From positions 1,760,001 through 1,824,000 of the forward strand of contig CBDASK010000003.1 of NCBI GenBank assembly GCA_965199495.1: DNA of 64,000 bases, given 5' to 3'. The notes under the pieces were generated by a model. That model did not search any database. It was not told the origin of the DNA and was given only the letters and a program-made list of their open reading frames with translations. The stretch is from Abditibacterium sp. GTDB lineage: Bacteria > Armatimonadota > Abditibacteriia > Abditibacteriales > Abditibacteriaceae. How positions within the stretch are numbered: position 1 is the stretch's first letter; each line of letters opens with the position of its first letter. This document shows, piece by piece, positions 1-10,655 of this stretch. The position numbers and the translations under genes are program-made.

Positions 1-208
1 GTTACTTTACCTTGATTAGCCATTATATAAGGAGAAAATACGGGATTTCGAGGCCAAGTCTGACAGATGAAACCGCGCGCGGCTACTAACAAATTTCTAT
101 CGCAGTAGCTAACGTGCGCATTGACGGTTAAAAATTGAGCGGTTAATCCGCCTTTTCATACAGCATTCGGCTCGTAATTTCAAAGGTGCGTTTACGTTTC
201 ACATTCCC

Positions 209-305
209 GTAGAGACGCAGATTTATCGCATCTAAAACATTCAATTTCCTTCAACGTCGCGAAAAACCAGAAGAGATTTTAGACGCGATAAATCTGCGTC
301 TCTAC
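209..305. repeat. GTAG-type REP/REPIN-like inverted repeat
   Basis: gtagagacgcagatttatcgcatctaaaa ... ttttagacgcgataaatctgcgtctctac; supplies the TAG stop of the adjacent gene. Confidence 0.85.
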
Positions 306-2443
306 AAAGTCGCGCCCACCAATTCCCACAGCAACTGTTTCTCCGACGCGGGCATTTCGCCCTCCGACGGCGCGCCCAATAATGTGCCGTCCATAATGAC
401 GGTTCCGCGTCCGAAATAACCCGCGACAACGACGGCTTTATCCGATTTCGCCTCGCGCGCCAAAACGGTCGCATCCGGCGTGGCTGCTATGATGACGTGA
501 TCGCTGTAACCCTGCGTCACCGCGCCCGGCGTCACGTTCCAATTGTTGGCACCGACGATTATATTTTTGCCGTCCAAGCGTTCGACGCCGACGCCGATTT
601 CGGGAAACAAACGCTGATGCCAACGATAACCGACGGCGTCATGCGTCAAAATCAAGCGCCCGCCGTCGCTGACATATTGGCGCAAATCACGGATAACATC
701 GGGCGTCAAATCTTGCACATCGTTCAAATGCGGCACGATCAAAACTTTGGCGTTTTTCCACATTTCGGGTTTGAGCGCGTAAATTAATTCGGCGTCCACA
801 TCGGGCGCATCTTTGAGCGCTTTCATTAAACCCGCGCTCGCCTGTCCGCCCGCATAGACAGCCACGGCGCGCTGGTCGGGCGCGAAATGCGGTGGCAGAG
901 CGCGCGCTTTTAAATCGGACATCGCGCTTTCGCTCAAACCTTCGACGAACGGGCCGCGAATGGCGATTGGCCACGTTTTGCCGTTCGCGTCGGTCGCGGT
1001 GCCACGCAAAACCAATTGCGAAACGCCTGCAGCAACCGGAAATTCGTCGAGCGGTGTCAGGAATTGCGGGGAAAATTTGCCGCGACGCGACGAAACATCG
1101 GGCAATTCAATTGAGCCGCCCAAATTTGCCGTTTTGCCGCCGTTGTCGATTTCTAAGCGTGCGCTGGCGCTTTTCCACTCGCGTTGGTCTCCGGCGAATT
1201 CAACCGATACGAACATTTTGCCCCCACTCGCGAACGCCATCGGCGCGTCTTTGCGCTCGATGCCGCCAAGAACGCTCCACTGCGCGCGCGGCGCGCGATA
1301 ACTCGGAATCGCCGAAATCGCGTTCGCGGTTTTGATCGCCGCCAAAACCGCATCTATTTTATCGTCGTTGTAAGCAAACAAAACATATCCATCGGCGCCG
1401 TTTGCCCGCGCGATTTCGATTTGCCCCGCGACATCTTTTGGGTCTTTTATCAAATAATTCCCGATGCCCGCCGCGAACGCAATATGTCCGGCGACGCCCG
1501 GAATTTGCTCTTTCATATCGCTCTCGAAGCGCGCGTTGTCGGCGCTATAATCCATCGGCACCACGAAATCGAGCCAATTTTCGCGCGCCCATCTCGTCCA
1601 ATCTTGCTTGAGGGCCGCGCGATATTTACGATTCGCCCGCCACACCGCCGCCGAAACCATCACACGCGGCTTGCTCGCTTTGGTATTGGCATAAACGCGT
1701 TTAACCACGTCGTTGATATTCTCGCGCTCCCAGTCTTCGTATTCGGCTTTCAAGTGCCCCGAAAACACGTCGGCGGGCCAATTCGCGACTTTCATTCCGC
1801 GCGCTTTCTCGAACTCGAAGCGCGAAATTGGGCCGTAATCGAAATCGTAATTTTCTTTGCCGTCGCCGCCGATTTCGGTGTAGCGAATATAATCGAAATG
1901 CACGCCGTCCACATCGTAGTTGTCCACCAATTCTTTCATCACGTCGACTTCCAATTGTCGATTGCGCGGGTCGCCCGGATTAAGCGCCGTCGTTTGCACG
2001 CCGTTCACATCGCGCATCAAGCGGTCATCGGCCTTCATTTGGGTGAACATCGCGGCTGGCCCCTTCCCCGCGCGCATTCCGGCGCTGGCGTTGAAATTGA
2101 CTTTCCACGCATGAAATTCCAGCCCATTTCGATGCGCCGCCTCAATCATCGTTTTGAGTTCGTCGGTTCCTTTGCCGTCTTTCCACGCATCGGCGGCCCA
2201 ACCGTCCATCGGCAAAATCTTGGACGGATAAAGCGCATTCACGCCGCGCGCCACGCGCACGAACACGCAATTCAAACCGGCGTCGGCGATCTTTTTCATC
2301 ACGACATCCCAAGGTTGCGGGCTGTAAGTGTGAATCCAGATGCCGCGAATTTCGGGCGTCGCGGTTTCGCCTTGGGCGTGGCTCCAGTGTGGGGCGACTC
2401 CCGACAAAACGAACAACATCAACAATAAAATGAATTTCTTCAT
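302..2443 (-). CDS. Secreted GHL10/DUF187-like glycoside hydrolase with C-terminal glutamine-amidotransferase-like domain
   Basis: Signal peptide MKKFILLLML; EIRGIW, HRNGLEFHAW, YDVDGVHFDYIRY and VVPMDY motifs; start moved from the ORF track to ATG at 2443. Confidence 0.8.
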   Translation of the reverse strand: MKKFILLLMLFVLSGVAPHWSHAQGETATPEIRGIWIHTYSPQPWDVVMKKIADAGLNCVFVRVARGVNALYPSKILPMDGWAADAWKDGKGTDELKTMIEAAHRNGLEFHAWKVNFNASAGMRAGKGPAAMFTQMKADDRLMRDVNGVQTTALNPGDPRNRQLEVDVMKELVDNYDVDGVHFDYIRYTEIGGDGKENYDFDYGPISRFEFEKARGMKVANWPADVFSGHLKAEYEDWERENINDVVKRVYANTKASKPRVMVSAAVWRANRKYRAALKQDWTRWARENWLDFVVPMDYSADNARFESDMKEQIPGVAGHIAFAAGIGNYLIKDPKDVAGQIEIARANGADGYVLFAYNDDKIDAVLAAIKTANAISAIPSYRAPRAQWSVLGGIERKDAPMAFASGGKMFVSVEFAGDQREWKSASARLEIDNGGKTANLGGSIELPDVSSRRGKFSPQFLTPLDEFPVAAGVSQLVLRGTATDANGKTWPIAIRGPFVEGLSESAMSDLKARALPPHFAPDQRAVAVYAGGQASAGLMKALKDAPDVDAELIYALKPEMWKNAKVLIVPHLNDVQDLTPDVIRDLRQYVSDGGRLILTHDAVGYRWHQRLFPEIGVGVERLDGKNIIVGANNWNVTPGAVTQGYSDHVIIAATPDATVLAREAKSDKAVVVAGYFGRGTVIMDGTLLGAPSEGEMPASEKQLLWELVGATL

Positions 2444-2478
2444 GGAATTTTCGCGGGCATCGCGCCGCGAGAACAATT

Positions 2479-3501
2479 TCAATGAGCGCGCCAAGTCCAT
2501 TTCTCGTCCGCGCTCATTGCGCGTTCGATTTGCGTTTGCGCATTGGGATGCAATCGCAAAATGCCGTCTTTTTCGCTGCGCACGCGCACTTCGACAACCG
2601 CGCCGCCTTCGACACTCGCGCCGACGATAAATGCGCCCGCGCAACCAACGCCATCGAAACTCAGTTCGCTCCATGCGGGCGCAATCGCGGGCATAACGTG
2701 AATGCCATCGCTTTGCGATTGCACTAACAATCGGGTGAACGCCGCAAGGAAATCTAAGGTTGCATCCGTCGTGGCGCTGGCCTGGGCTTGTTTGAACAAC
2801 GCGGTATTCCATTGCCTTTGCAATTCTGCATTGGGCCAACGGACGCACGGCGCCGCGCGCCAGAATTGCTTCCAGTAATAAATCGGATTGATGTCGGGTT
2901 TGCGGCGCGCCCGCGAAACGGCGGCGCGCGCGGCCTCTTCGGTTTCGCCGCGCGCCGTGGCGAGGAACAACAAACCGTCGCGCTCGCGCACCATGGTCAC
3001 CAAACTTTCGTCGGCGTCCATTTCCCAAACCAAGCCGCATCCGTCGGCGATTTGAATTTCGAGCGGCGCCGAAATTTCGCGTTGCTCCAACGTTTCGCGG
3101 TTCGCTTGCCCGTCCGAACGCAGCAGCCACGGCGCGCCGCTGGCTCCATCCACCCACGCGATTTCTTCGTCCATCGCGCACTCGATGGAAACGGCGCGCC
3201 CCTCGCTGAGCGCGATTTGCAAAATTCCGTCGGGCCCCAGCGTTGCTGTGAGCGGGCGCGCTTCCTCGGCAAAGCGCAATTCCAAAATCGAACTGCCAAT
3301 TGGAAGTTGCCCGCGCGAATCTTCGTTTTCGAGTTCGGCGTCGCCAAAACCGGCGCGCATGATGGTCACACACAAACTTTCGTCGCCCCACACCGAAATT
3401 TTGAGAGTCCCGTTGCCTAACGTGATACCGCACTGCGGGCGCGCGAGCGGAAAGTCAAAGCGAATTTCGGGCGAAAAAGGGAAATTAAACACGCGATGCA
3501 A
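2479..3501 (-). CDS. GH95/GH65-like protein retaining beta-sandwich parts, catalytic barrel apparently missing
   Basis: GITLGNG near N-terminus; C-terminal LLVQSQSDGIHVMPAIAPAW..FDGVGCAGAFIV resembles the GH95 C-terminal domain; only 340 aa. Confidence 0.5.
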   Translation of the reverse strand: MHRVFNFPFSPEIRFDFPLARPQCGITLGNGTLKISVWGDESLCVTIMRAGFGDAELENEDSRGQLPIGSSILELRFAEEARPLTATLGPDGILQIALSEGRAVSIECAMDEEIAWVDGASGAPWLLRSDGQANRETLEQREISAPLEIQIADGCGLVWEMDADESLVTMVRERDGLLFLATARGETEEAARAAVSRARRKPDINPIYYWKQFWRAAPCVRWPNAELQRQWNTALFKQAQASATTDATLDFLAAFTRLLVQSQSDGIHVMPAIAPAWSELSFDGVGCAGAFIVGASVEGGAVVEVRVRSEKDGILRLHPNAQTQIERAMSADEKWTWRAH

Positions 3502-3505
3502 CCGG

Positions 3506-5935
3506 TTAAAGCTCGATCAAATGGCCCGACGTTTTATCACCGATCAACCGTTTGAGCGCCAACTCCGCCGAAATCAATTGTATCGGCATACCGATGCCCG
3601 GATTGGTATCGCCGCCGACATAAAGCAGATTCTCGACTTTCTTCGATTGATTATTGGGCCGCAAAATCGCGGTCTGTTGAATCGTGTGAGCCAATCCCAA
3701 AGCCGTGCCACCCAACTTGTTGTAATGCGTGGTGAAATCTTTCGCCGAAAACACGCGCTTATATAAAATACGTTCGCGCAAATCGGGAATGCACATCTCT
3801 TTGGCGATAATATCTAACATTCGGTTCGATTGTTCTTCTAACTCGGCGTCGGTATAATCCATACGAGGCGGAATCGGCACCAAAACAAATAAATTCTCGT
3901 CGCCTTCTGGTGCCACGGTCGGATCGGTTTTCGAGGGCGCGCAGATATAAAGTGACGGCTCGGACGGCCACTGCGGTGTATCGAAGATTTCGCCAAAGTT
4001 CTTTTTCCAATCGGTCGAAAACAATAAATTATGATGCGTCAAAGAATCAACTTTACCTTTGACACCCAAATACATAATAAGTGCCGAAGGTGCCAACGTG
4101 CGCTTGTCCCAGTATTTGTCCGAATGATCGCGATAAGGTTTCGGCAACAGGCTTTCGGTATGGTGAACCGGCGCATTAGAAACGACGATGTCGGCTTCCA
4201 AAATTTCGCCATCTTCGAGGGTCACGCCCTTCACCTTCGGGCCGCGTTTAGTGTTGATCGTTTTAACGCCAACGCCTGTGCGATACTTGACGCCATTCTT
4301 CTCGCCTATCTGCTTTAAAGCGAGCGGAATTTGGTGAATGCCGCCCTGCGGATAAAACACGCCCATATTAAAATCAATATGCGACATGATATTATATAAA
4401 GCGGGCGTATTGTATGGTGAAGAACCTAAGAAAACTAAAGTGTATTGCATCACTTTTTGCACTTCGTCAGTGCTAAAATGTTTGGCGACGTAATCGCTCA
4501 TTTTGGCGAAAACTTCCAATTCGCGGCCTTCGGTGGCGACTTGTTTGTTCAAAAAGTCGGTGACGTTATCGTAGTTTTTATACATGAAACCGCCCAGCGC
4601 GATTTCATATTGATACTTCGATTTCTCCAGATACTCTTTCAGTTTCGGGCCGGAACCGGGTTCGAGCATCTCGAAAGTCGGCAGGTCGCGCTCTAAATCC
4701 GAGTAGAAATCCAATGAGCGGCCTTTGCCCTGAAAGAAAATGCGATAGGATGGATCGAGCTGCGTCAAGTCCAAATAATCCTCGACTTTTTCGCCCAATA
4801 ACTCGAAATAGTTTTGGAAAACATCGGGCATCAAATACCAGGATGGCCCCATATCAAAGGTGAAACCTTCGGCTTCAAACTGGTTAGCCACGCCGCCCAA
4901 TTTGTCGTTTTTTTCTAAAACGGTGACATCGTAGCCAATCTTTCCGGCCAAAGCCGCGAACGCCAAACCGCCGATGCCGCCACCAATTACAATAAGTTTC
5001 TGATTCATGTTTTGTTCCCGACGCTCGGCACTCGTCAATTGATGCCGCAAATTTCCCTGACTCAAAGCGCGCGCCGCGCGCAACAACGCGACCTTCTCCA
5101 CGCCCGACGTGGCTGCTCGATTGGTAAAAGGATCGAAATCCTGCGCTTGCAACTTATCCAAAATCGCGCGATATAACGTCGAAGCCGACGAGACCGCGAA
5201 ACGCCCTTCTTTATTCAACAACTTGATTCCTTTGTTCGCCTCGTCATACAGCTGATGCGCCCGCTCGACTTGGAACTGCATGAACTCGCGAAATGCGGGA
5301 GAAAACTTTCGCTGTGCGATGTCTTCGTCGCTCAAACCAAATTGTTTTAACTCATCTTGCGGCATATAAACGCGGCCACGCTGCTGATAATCTTCGTCTA
5401 TATCGCGCAAGAAGTTGGTGAGCTGCATGGCATTTCCCAACTGAATCGCATAACTTAAAGTTTCTGGCTCGCTAAAACCGATAATATGCGACATCATTAA
5501 ACCAACACAAGAGGCCGATCCATACATATACCGTTCCAAATCTTCATAGTCGGCATAGCGCGTTTGCTCGGTGTCTTGAATCATCGCATGGAGAAACGAT
5601 TGCGAATACTCGAACGGCACACCATATTTATGAAAAATATGCGCGGCAAAATCGAGAATCTGGTCGCCCGAATCGCCAGTTTGATAAGCGTTTTTCCACG
5701 TTTCTAAAAAGTCGAGCAATTGCCCGCGCACAGCCGCAATTTCGTCCGGTGTTTCTTGCGGCGAATTATCCACGATTTCGTCGGGCAAACGCACGAACGC
5801 ATACAGCGCGCACGTCGCTTCCTGCAATTCACGCGGAAAAAGCCGCGTCGAAAAATAGTAGCTTTTGCCGTGCTGCTTTAAAAGCGCGCGCGCGGCGCGG
5901 TAAGCGGCGGAAAAATCGCGGGGAGAATCGGACAT
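3506..5935 (-). CDS. crtB-crtI: Fused phytoene synthase (CrtB) - phytoene desaturase (CrtI)
   Basis: N-half: GKSYYFS, LYAFVRLPDEIVD, AMQLTNFLRDIDED..RGRVYMP. C-half: IVIGGGIGGL, FTFDMGPSWY, LYVGGDTNPGIGMP. No stop between the halves. Confidence 0.9.
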   Translation of the reverse strand: MSDSPRDFSAAYRAARALLKQHGKSYYFSTRLFPRELQEATCALYAFVRLPDEIVDNSPQETPDEIAAVRGQLLDFLETWKNAYQTGDSGDQILDFAAHIFHKYGVPFEYSQSFLHAMIQDTEQTRYADYEDLERYMYGSASCVGLMMSHIIGFSEPETLSYAIQLGNAMQLTNFLRDIDEDYQQRGRVYMPQDELKQFGLSDEDIAQRKFSPAFREFMQFQVERAHQLYDEANKGIKLLNKEGRFAVSSASTLYRAILDKLQAQDFDPFTNRAATSGVEKVALLRAARALSQGNLRHQLTSAERREQNMNQKLIVIGGGIGGLAFAALAGKIGYDVTVLEKNDKLGGVANQFEAEGFTFDMGPSWYLMPDVFQNYFELLGEKVEDYLDLTQLDPSYRIFFQGKGRSLDFYSDLERDLPTFEMLEPGSGPKLKEYLEKSKYQYEIALGGFMYKNYDNVTDFLNKQVATEGRELEVFAKMSDYVAKHFSTDEVQKVMQYTLVFLGSSPYNTPALYNIMSHIDFNMGVFYPQGGIHQIPLALKQIGEKNGVKYRTGVGVKTINTKRGPKVKGVTLEDGEILEADIVVSNAPVHHTESLLPKPYRDHSDKYWDKRTLAPSALIMYLGVKGKVDSLTHHNLLFSTDWKKNFGEIFDTPQWPSEPSLYICAPSKTDPTVAPEGDENLFVLVPIPPRMDYTDAELEEQSNRMLDIIAKEMCIPDLRERILYKRVFSAKDFTTHYNKLGGTALGLAHTIQQTAILRPNNQSKKVENLLYVGGDTNPGIGMPIQLISAELALKRLIGDKTSGHLIEL

Positions 5936-5980
5936 AGGAGAGCGGCGCGCGAAGTTGCAAACTCGTCGCCGCGTCACAGT

Positions 5981-6775
5981 TTATTTCGCAATGTTCTCCA
6001 ATTCGTCCATTTCTTCCAAGTCTTTCTTCTGCTTGATCGTCACGAAAAAATCGGGGTCTAAACTCGGCGCGATCACGGCTTTGCCGGGCGAAACCGGTAA
6101 ATCGCGCCCGAAATCGCATTGCGCTTTGATTACACACTCGCCGCATTTGGGCCCGCCATTGCCGTCGGCGCGACAGCACACGCGTCCGTGCGCGATCATG
6201 TTGATGTGCAAATCCAATTTGTATGCGTCGGGCACCAAACTTTTACAAACGCGATGCGCTTCGTCAACACTCGCTTTCTCGCGAATCCAGCCCAACCGCC
6301 GCAAAATCCGAAAGACGTGCGTATCCACGGCAAACGCCGGTTTGTCGAGAAAGAACATCAACACACAGGCGATAGTTTTCGGCCCGACGCCGTGAAATTG
6401 ATTAAGATATTTTTCGCATTCATCGGCGGATTTGTCGTGCAAAAACGACAGATCGAAATCGCCCTGCTCTTCCCAGATTTGCCGCAGAATCTCTTTGATG
6501 CGCGCCGCCTTTTGATTGGCCAAGCCGCCGCACCGAATCGCATCGGCGATTTTTTCGGTCGGCGCGTCCAAGGCCAACTTCCAGTCGGGAAACGCCGCTT
6601 TGAGCGAAGTAAACGCGCGGTCGGTATTAATATCGTTGGTGGCCTGACTAAGTAGAATCAGAATTAAACCGTCGAGCGGATCGCGCGGGGACGGCGTGCG
6701 ATGGCCGAATTTTTCCAGTAATTTTTCGTGAACGATGCGCACGGTTTCGGGCGCGATGACGGGGTTTTCGGGCAT
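5981..6775 (-). CDS. nth: Endonuclease III (HhH-GPD, 4Fe-4S)
   Basis: ILLSQATND, GVGPKT, FAVDTHVFR, C-terminal Cys cluster. Confidence 0.88.
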   Translation of the reverse strand: MPENPVIAPETVRIVHEKLLEKFGHRTPSPRDPLDGLILILLSQATNDINTDRAFTSLKAAFPDWKLALDAPTEKIADAIRCGGLANQKAARIKEILRQIWEEQGDFDLSFLHDKSADECEKYLNQFHGVGPKTIACVLMFFLDKPAFAVDTHVFRILRRLGWIREKASVDEAHRVCKSLVPDAYKLDLHINMIAHGRVCCRADGNGGPKCGECVIKAQCDFGRDLPVSPGKAVIAPSLDPDFFVTIKQKKDLEEMDELENIAK

Positions 6776-6863
6776 TATTGGGCGTGCGGCAAAGGACGGG
6801 CCGAGATCAAGCGCGACTTGAAGTAGACTGCCTGATTCTGGAAGTCGCAATTAGAAAACTGAT

Positions 6864-7169
6864 ATGAAAAACCTCACCGAAGTCAATGCCGCCACCAAAA
6901 TATGCGCCGATATGCACCGCAAACATCCGGGGGGCGTTTTGATGACCACGCACGACTTCCAGCGCACCGCGATGCAGCAGTTCCAAACCGAATTCGCGCT
7001 CGATTTGCTGCCTTACATCAAAGAAAAAGACGCGCTTCAAGCCTTTACGCTGGAGTTTGGCAAGTGGCTCACCCATTATTTGATGGGCCACGCCACCAAA
7101 ACCGGGCGCGTCAAAACGAAAAATCTGCGCGGCGACATGACGGACAACCAGCAGTGGCACATCCCGTAA
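6864..7169 (+). CDS. Hypothetical protein
   Basis: 101-aa ORF with genome-like codon usage filling the intergenic gap. Confidence 0.6.
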   Translation: MKNLTEVNAATKICADMHRKHPGGVLMTTHDFQRTAMQQFQTEFALDLLPYIKEKDALQAFTLEFGKWLTHYLMGHATKTGRVKTKNLRGDMTDNQQWHIP

Positions 7170-7176
7170 ATCCGCT

Positions 7177-7821
7177 TTATAAAGCGCGTAGCGAGCGCAC
7201 GAGTTCAATCGAACGCGAATATAATTCGGCGTTTGGCCCGTCGGAATCGGCGAAAAATGCGGCTTCGAGTTCGTTTTCGAGGCGCGATGATGTCGCCCAA
7301 TGTTGTGCGGTTGGAGTATCCGGCCAATTGACCATCCATAACCAACGGGCAAGTGCGGGCAAATCGGCGTCGAGCCAAAGTTCGAGATGCGGCGCTAAAT
7401 CTTCTCCGACTTTGATAAGGAAATCGAGCGGCGGTTCGCCGCCATATTTCGCTAACGCTTCTCTTGTCCACGCCAAGAAAACTGCGCGCAACGCCACGAT
7501 TTCGGGCGCGGGCCAGGTCAGCCACTTCGTGTATTCGAGAGTTCCTTCCAGACGCCATTCATCCCACCAAAATTTGAAGTTTGTATCGGTTGCGTCGTCG
7601 CGCATCAACTCTAACCAACGCGGCAAAAAATGACGAAGCACATCCGCCTCAAGAAGCCGAACTTCCAAGTCGTTATCGTAACTGAGTTGGCACCAGTCAT
7701 TAACGCTCAAATTGCGCGGCCAATGCGGAACACCGTGCGCGTAAATAAAATCGCGCGGCGCATTATAACACGCGAAAACATCGTAAGCGTTGTCGAGCGC
7801 GTGGCGAAGTTCGGGCGTCAT
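7177..7821 (-). CDS. Hypothetical protein (Trp-rich, helical)
   Basis: 214-aa ORF with natural composition. Confidence 0.7.
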   Translation of the reverse strand: MTPELRHALDNAYDVFACYNAPRDFIYAHGVPHWPRNLSVNDWCQLSYDNDLEVRLLEADVLRHFLPRWLELMRDDATDTNFKFWWDEWRLEGTLEYTKWLTWPAPEIVALRAVFLAWTREALAKYGGEPPLDFLIKVGEDLAPHLELWLDADLPALARWLWMVNWPDTPTAQHWATSSRLENELEAAFFADSDGPNAELYSRSIELVRSLRAL

Positions 7822-7949
7822 ATCCGAAAATTTAAGCGTTATAAAGCGCGCAACGAGCGCAGGCGCGCTTCGGTTTCGGGCGGTAGTTCGAGGTTGAGCG
7901 TGATGAAATTTATTTACCTCGTTAAACAGTGCTACTCATCTACGATTGC

Positions 7950-8510
7950 TTATGACGTTTTCTGCTTTTTCGCGGGCGCGTCTTCGTAGAGATAAAACGG
8001 TTCGTTCAACCCAGCAATTTCGTCGAGAACGAACAATTGGCCGAAATAAGAATAAACGCCGCGCACGCGGAATTTGAGACGCATATCGGGTTCGGGCGTA
8101 ATCATCACCGAACCGTTCTCGGTTCTATCCACTTCGGCGATGGTGTAGAGGTACTTCGTCTTATGCAAAACGAGCGCGGAAGGTTTGTCGGCGTTTTCGC
8201 GCGTGTCTTCCCAACCGATGCGGTGCGGCGCGTTGTCGAGCGGCACGTCGTAAGAGTAAAAGCGCACGCCTTCAGTCTTGGGAACATCGTCGGGTTTGTC
8301 CAACAGATCGAAGGCGATTTCTAATTTGATCTCATCTGTGGACGCGCCGGGCAAAAGTTTGAGCGCCATGCCCGGTCGCCAGTTTTTCGCGACAACCTCT
8401 GGGCGTGGCCGCTCGAATTGAGCCTGCGCGATTTTAGCTTGTCCTATAAACGCGAAGCCGAGCAATGCACTCAAAACCATACGTTGCGACAATTTGATAA
8501 TTGGAAACAT
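7950..8510 (-). CDS. Hypothetical secreted protein
   Basis: Signal-peptide-like N-terminus ending AQA. Confidence 0.7.
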   Translation of the reverse strand: MFPIIKLSQRMVLSALLGFAFIGQAKIAQAQFERPRPEVVAKNWRPGMALKLLPGASTDEIKLEIAFDLLDKPDDVPKTEGVRFYSYDVPLDNAPHRIGWEDTRENADKPSALVLHKTKYLYTIAEVDRTENGSVMITPEPDMRLKFRVRGVYSYFGQLFVLDEIAGLNEPFYLYEDAPAKKQKTS

Positions 8511-8524
8511 AGCCGTTGATTGAG

Positions 8525-8556
8525 AAAAAGGCGCGGAGTTAATCTCCGCGCCTTTT
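8525..8556 (-). terminator. Intrinsic terminator after icd
   Basis: aaaaaggcgcggag-ttaat-ctccgcgcctttt hairpin. Confidence 0.8.
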
Positions 8557-8559
8557 AAT

Positions 8560-9786
8560 TTAGCTCATGTGTTCGATGATATTATCGCCGAACTCGGAGC
8601 ATTTGATTTTGGTCGCACCGTCCATCAAGCGCGCGAAATCATACGTCACGCGTTTGCTGGCGATGGCGCCGTCCAAGCCTTTGATGATCAAGTCGGCGGC
8701 TTCGCCCCAGCCCATGTAACGCAGCATCATTTCGCCGCTTAGCACGACCGAGCCGGGATTGACTTGATCCAGACCGGCGTATTTGGGCGCGGTGCCGTGT
8801 GTCGCCTCGAAAATCGCGGCGCCGGTGATGTAGTTGATGTTGCCGCCGGGCGCGATGCCGATGCCGCCGACCTGCGCGGCCAAAGCGTCCGACAGATAAT
8901 CGCCGTTGAGGTTCAAAGTCGCGATCACGTCGAAATCTTCGGGGCGCGTCAACACTTGCTGCAAAGTGATGTCGGCGATGGCGTCTTTAATCACGATGCC
9001 GCCCGGCAATTTGCACCACGGGCCGCCATCAATTTCGACGGCGCCGAACTCGGCCTTGGCGACTTCGTAACCCCAATCGCGAAAGGCGCCTTCGGTGAAT
9101 TTCATAATGTTGCCCTTGTGGACAAGCGTCACCGATTTTTGGTTTTGGTCAATGGCGTATTGAATCGCCGCGCGCACCAAACGCTTGGTTCCGGCCTCGG
9201 AAACTGGCTTGATGCCGACGCCGACGCTGTTGATGTCGTCGGCGCCAAAGCGGATTTTCTTGAACTCTTTGGGCAAGTTCGCTTTGATATATTCGAGCAA
9301 ACCGACGGCTTCGCTCGAACCGGCTTCAAAGTCAATTCCGGCGTAAATATCTTCGGTGTTCTCGCGGAAAATCGTCATGTCCACCTTTTCCGGTGCTTTC
9401 ACGGGCGAAGGCGTGCCCTGAAAATATTTGACCGGGCGCAAGCAAACATACAAATCGAGAATCTGACGCAGCGCCACATTCAGACTGCGAATGCCGCCGC
9501 CGACCGGCGTAGTGAGCGGGCCTTTGATGCCCACGAGATATGCGCGAAAAGCCTCGACGGTTTCGTCGGGCAACCAGTTGCCGGTCTGGTCGAAAGCGGT
9601 TTGTCCGGCCAGAACTTCGTGCCACTCGATCTTGCGCTCGCCCTTGTAGGCTTTTTCGACGGCGGCATCGAAAACGCGGACAGACGCGGCCCAGATGTCG
9701 GGGCCAGTGCCATCGCCCTGCACGAAGGGAATTGTCGGGTTGCTGGGAACTTGAAGCAGTTCGCCATCTTTGGTGATTTTAGCCAT
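8560..9786 (-). CDS. icd: NADP-dependent isocitrate dehydrogenase
   Basis: [57 protein letters not shown]. Confidence 0.97.
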   Translation of the reverse strand: MAKITKDGELLQVPSNPTIPFVQGDGTGPDIWAASVRVFDAAVEKAYKGERKIEWHEVLAGQTAFDQTGNWLPDETVEAFRAYLVGIKGPLTTPVGGGIRSLNVALRQILDLYVCLRPVKYFQGTPSPVKAPEKVDMTIFRENTEDIYAGIDFEAGSSEAVGLLEYIKANLPKEFKKIRFGADDINSVGVGIKPVSEAGTKRLVRAAIQYAIDQNQKSVTLVHKGNIMKFTEGAFRDWGYEVAKAEFGAVEIDGGPWCKLPGGIVIKDAIADITLQQVLTRPEDFDVIATLNLNGDYLSDALAAQVGGIGIAPGGNINYITGAAIFEATHGTAPKYAGLDQVNPGSVVLSGEMMLRYMGWGEAADLIIKGLDGAIASKRVTYDFARLMDGATKIKCSEFGDNIIEHMS

Positions 9787-9843
9787 GAAGATAGAGTTTT
9801 ACCAAAATGGCGCGGTGAGGTTAGTTTTGTGACTATGCCTCCT

Positions 9844-10128
9844 TCAAATCTCTTCGGCTAATGGCTTTCTAACGTGAGGAATCATATCCTCTTCACAGGC
9901 GCCAAAATCCACAAAATTGGTTCTGGCTTCTGTAAGACTGAGGCCACCATTTGGACCAGCTCTGGCGACATCGGCATCGTCGTCGTCTTGGCCGTCGTCT
10001 TCCCAATAGCATACTGGGCAAATCTCATAGTGATTGCGCCCATGAAGAGTTTTAAATTTGCAGCATGGACATCGGTAAGAAATGATGTCTTCCCACGGTT
10101 CTTCGTCAATTATGCTTCGTGCGGTCAT
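9844..10128 (-). CDS. Cys-rich CPCC family protein
   Basis: YRCPCC..YEICPVCYWEDD..GPNGGLSLTEARTNF. Confidence 0.88.
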   Translation of the reverse strand: MTARSIIDEEPWEDIISYRCPCCKFKTLHGRNHYEICPVCYWEDDGQDDDDADVARAGPNGGLSLTEARTNFVDFGACEEDMIPHVRKPLAEEI

Positions 10129-10141
10129 TGGAGTTACAAGT

Positions 10142-10651
10142 TTACTCGCGGAATCGGTCGCTTCGATAGAAGAACAGCGCGAACAGAAAATAAGTCGTGG
10201 CGTCGCTTTGGCGCACGCGATTCCAGGCGTCGAACGCTTCTTCGATTTCATCAATGAAGTTGAGCGTGTCGGTGCGATTGAAAGTGACTTGCAAATTATA
10301 ATCGGCAAGATGACGATTTTCTTGCGCTTCTGCAAAGCGTTGCGCAACGAGGCGCAAATCGGCATCGAGCGGCAACAACAAGCGCAGAGCGGGTGGCAAC
10401 GCGCCCGCACTAAAGGCGCGGCAGGCGCGGGCCATCGCGCCATGATCCAAAGTGCGCGCGGTGCGAGCTTGCAAATCGTTGCTATCACGCAGACCACGCA
10501 CCAGAGTCTTCGAGGCTTCATCGCTCAACAGATGGAATAGGGCGTAATAAGCGACCGAAACCGCGCGGCGCAGACTCGCCTGTTTGGGGCGCGTGCGCTC
10601 ACGCGTCGCCAGATGGCGCGCTTGTTCGAGATAATCGTTGGCGAGGCGCAT
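10142..10651 (-). CDS. HEPN-domain protein (putative toxin)
   Basis: DYLEQARHL..LRRAVSVAYYALFH..RHLADY pattern. Confidence 0.75.
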   Translation of the reverse strand: MRLANDYLEQARHLATRERTRPKQASLRRAVSVAYYALFHLLSDEASKTLVRGLRDSNDLQARTARTLDHGAMARACRAFSAGALPPALRLLLPLDADLRLVAQRFAEAQENRHLADYNLQVTFNRTDTLNFIDEIEEAFDAWNRVRQSDATTYFLFALFFYRSDRFRE

Positions 10652-10655
10652 GATT

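Noticed and set aside
1..23. Possible start of a minus-strand gene running off the window (MANQGKV)
   Set aside because: Too short to support.
2444..3433. N-terminal ~330 aa of the 1043-aa ORF 302..3433
   Set aside because: Arg-rich shadow frame of the 2479..3501 gene. The real start is the signal peptide at 2443.
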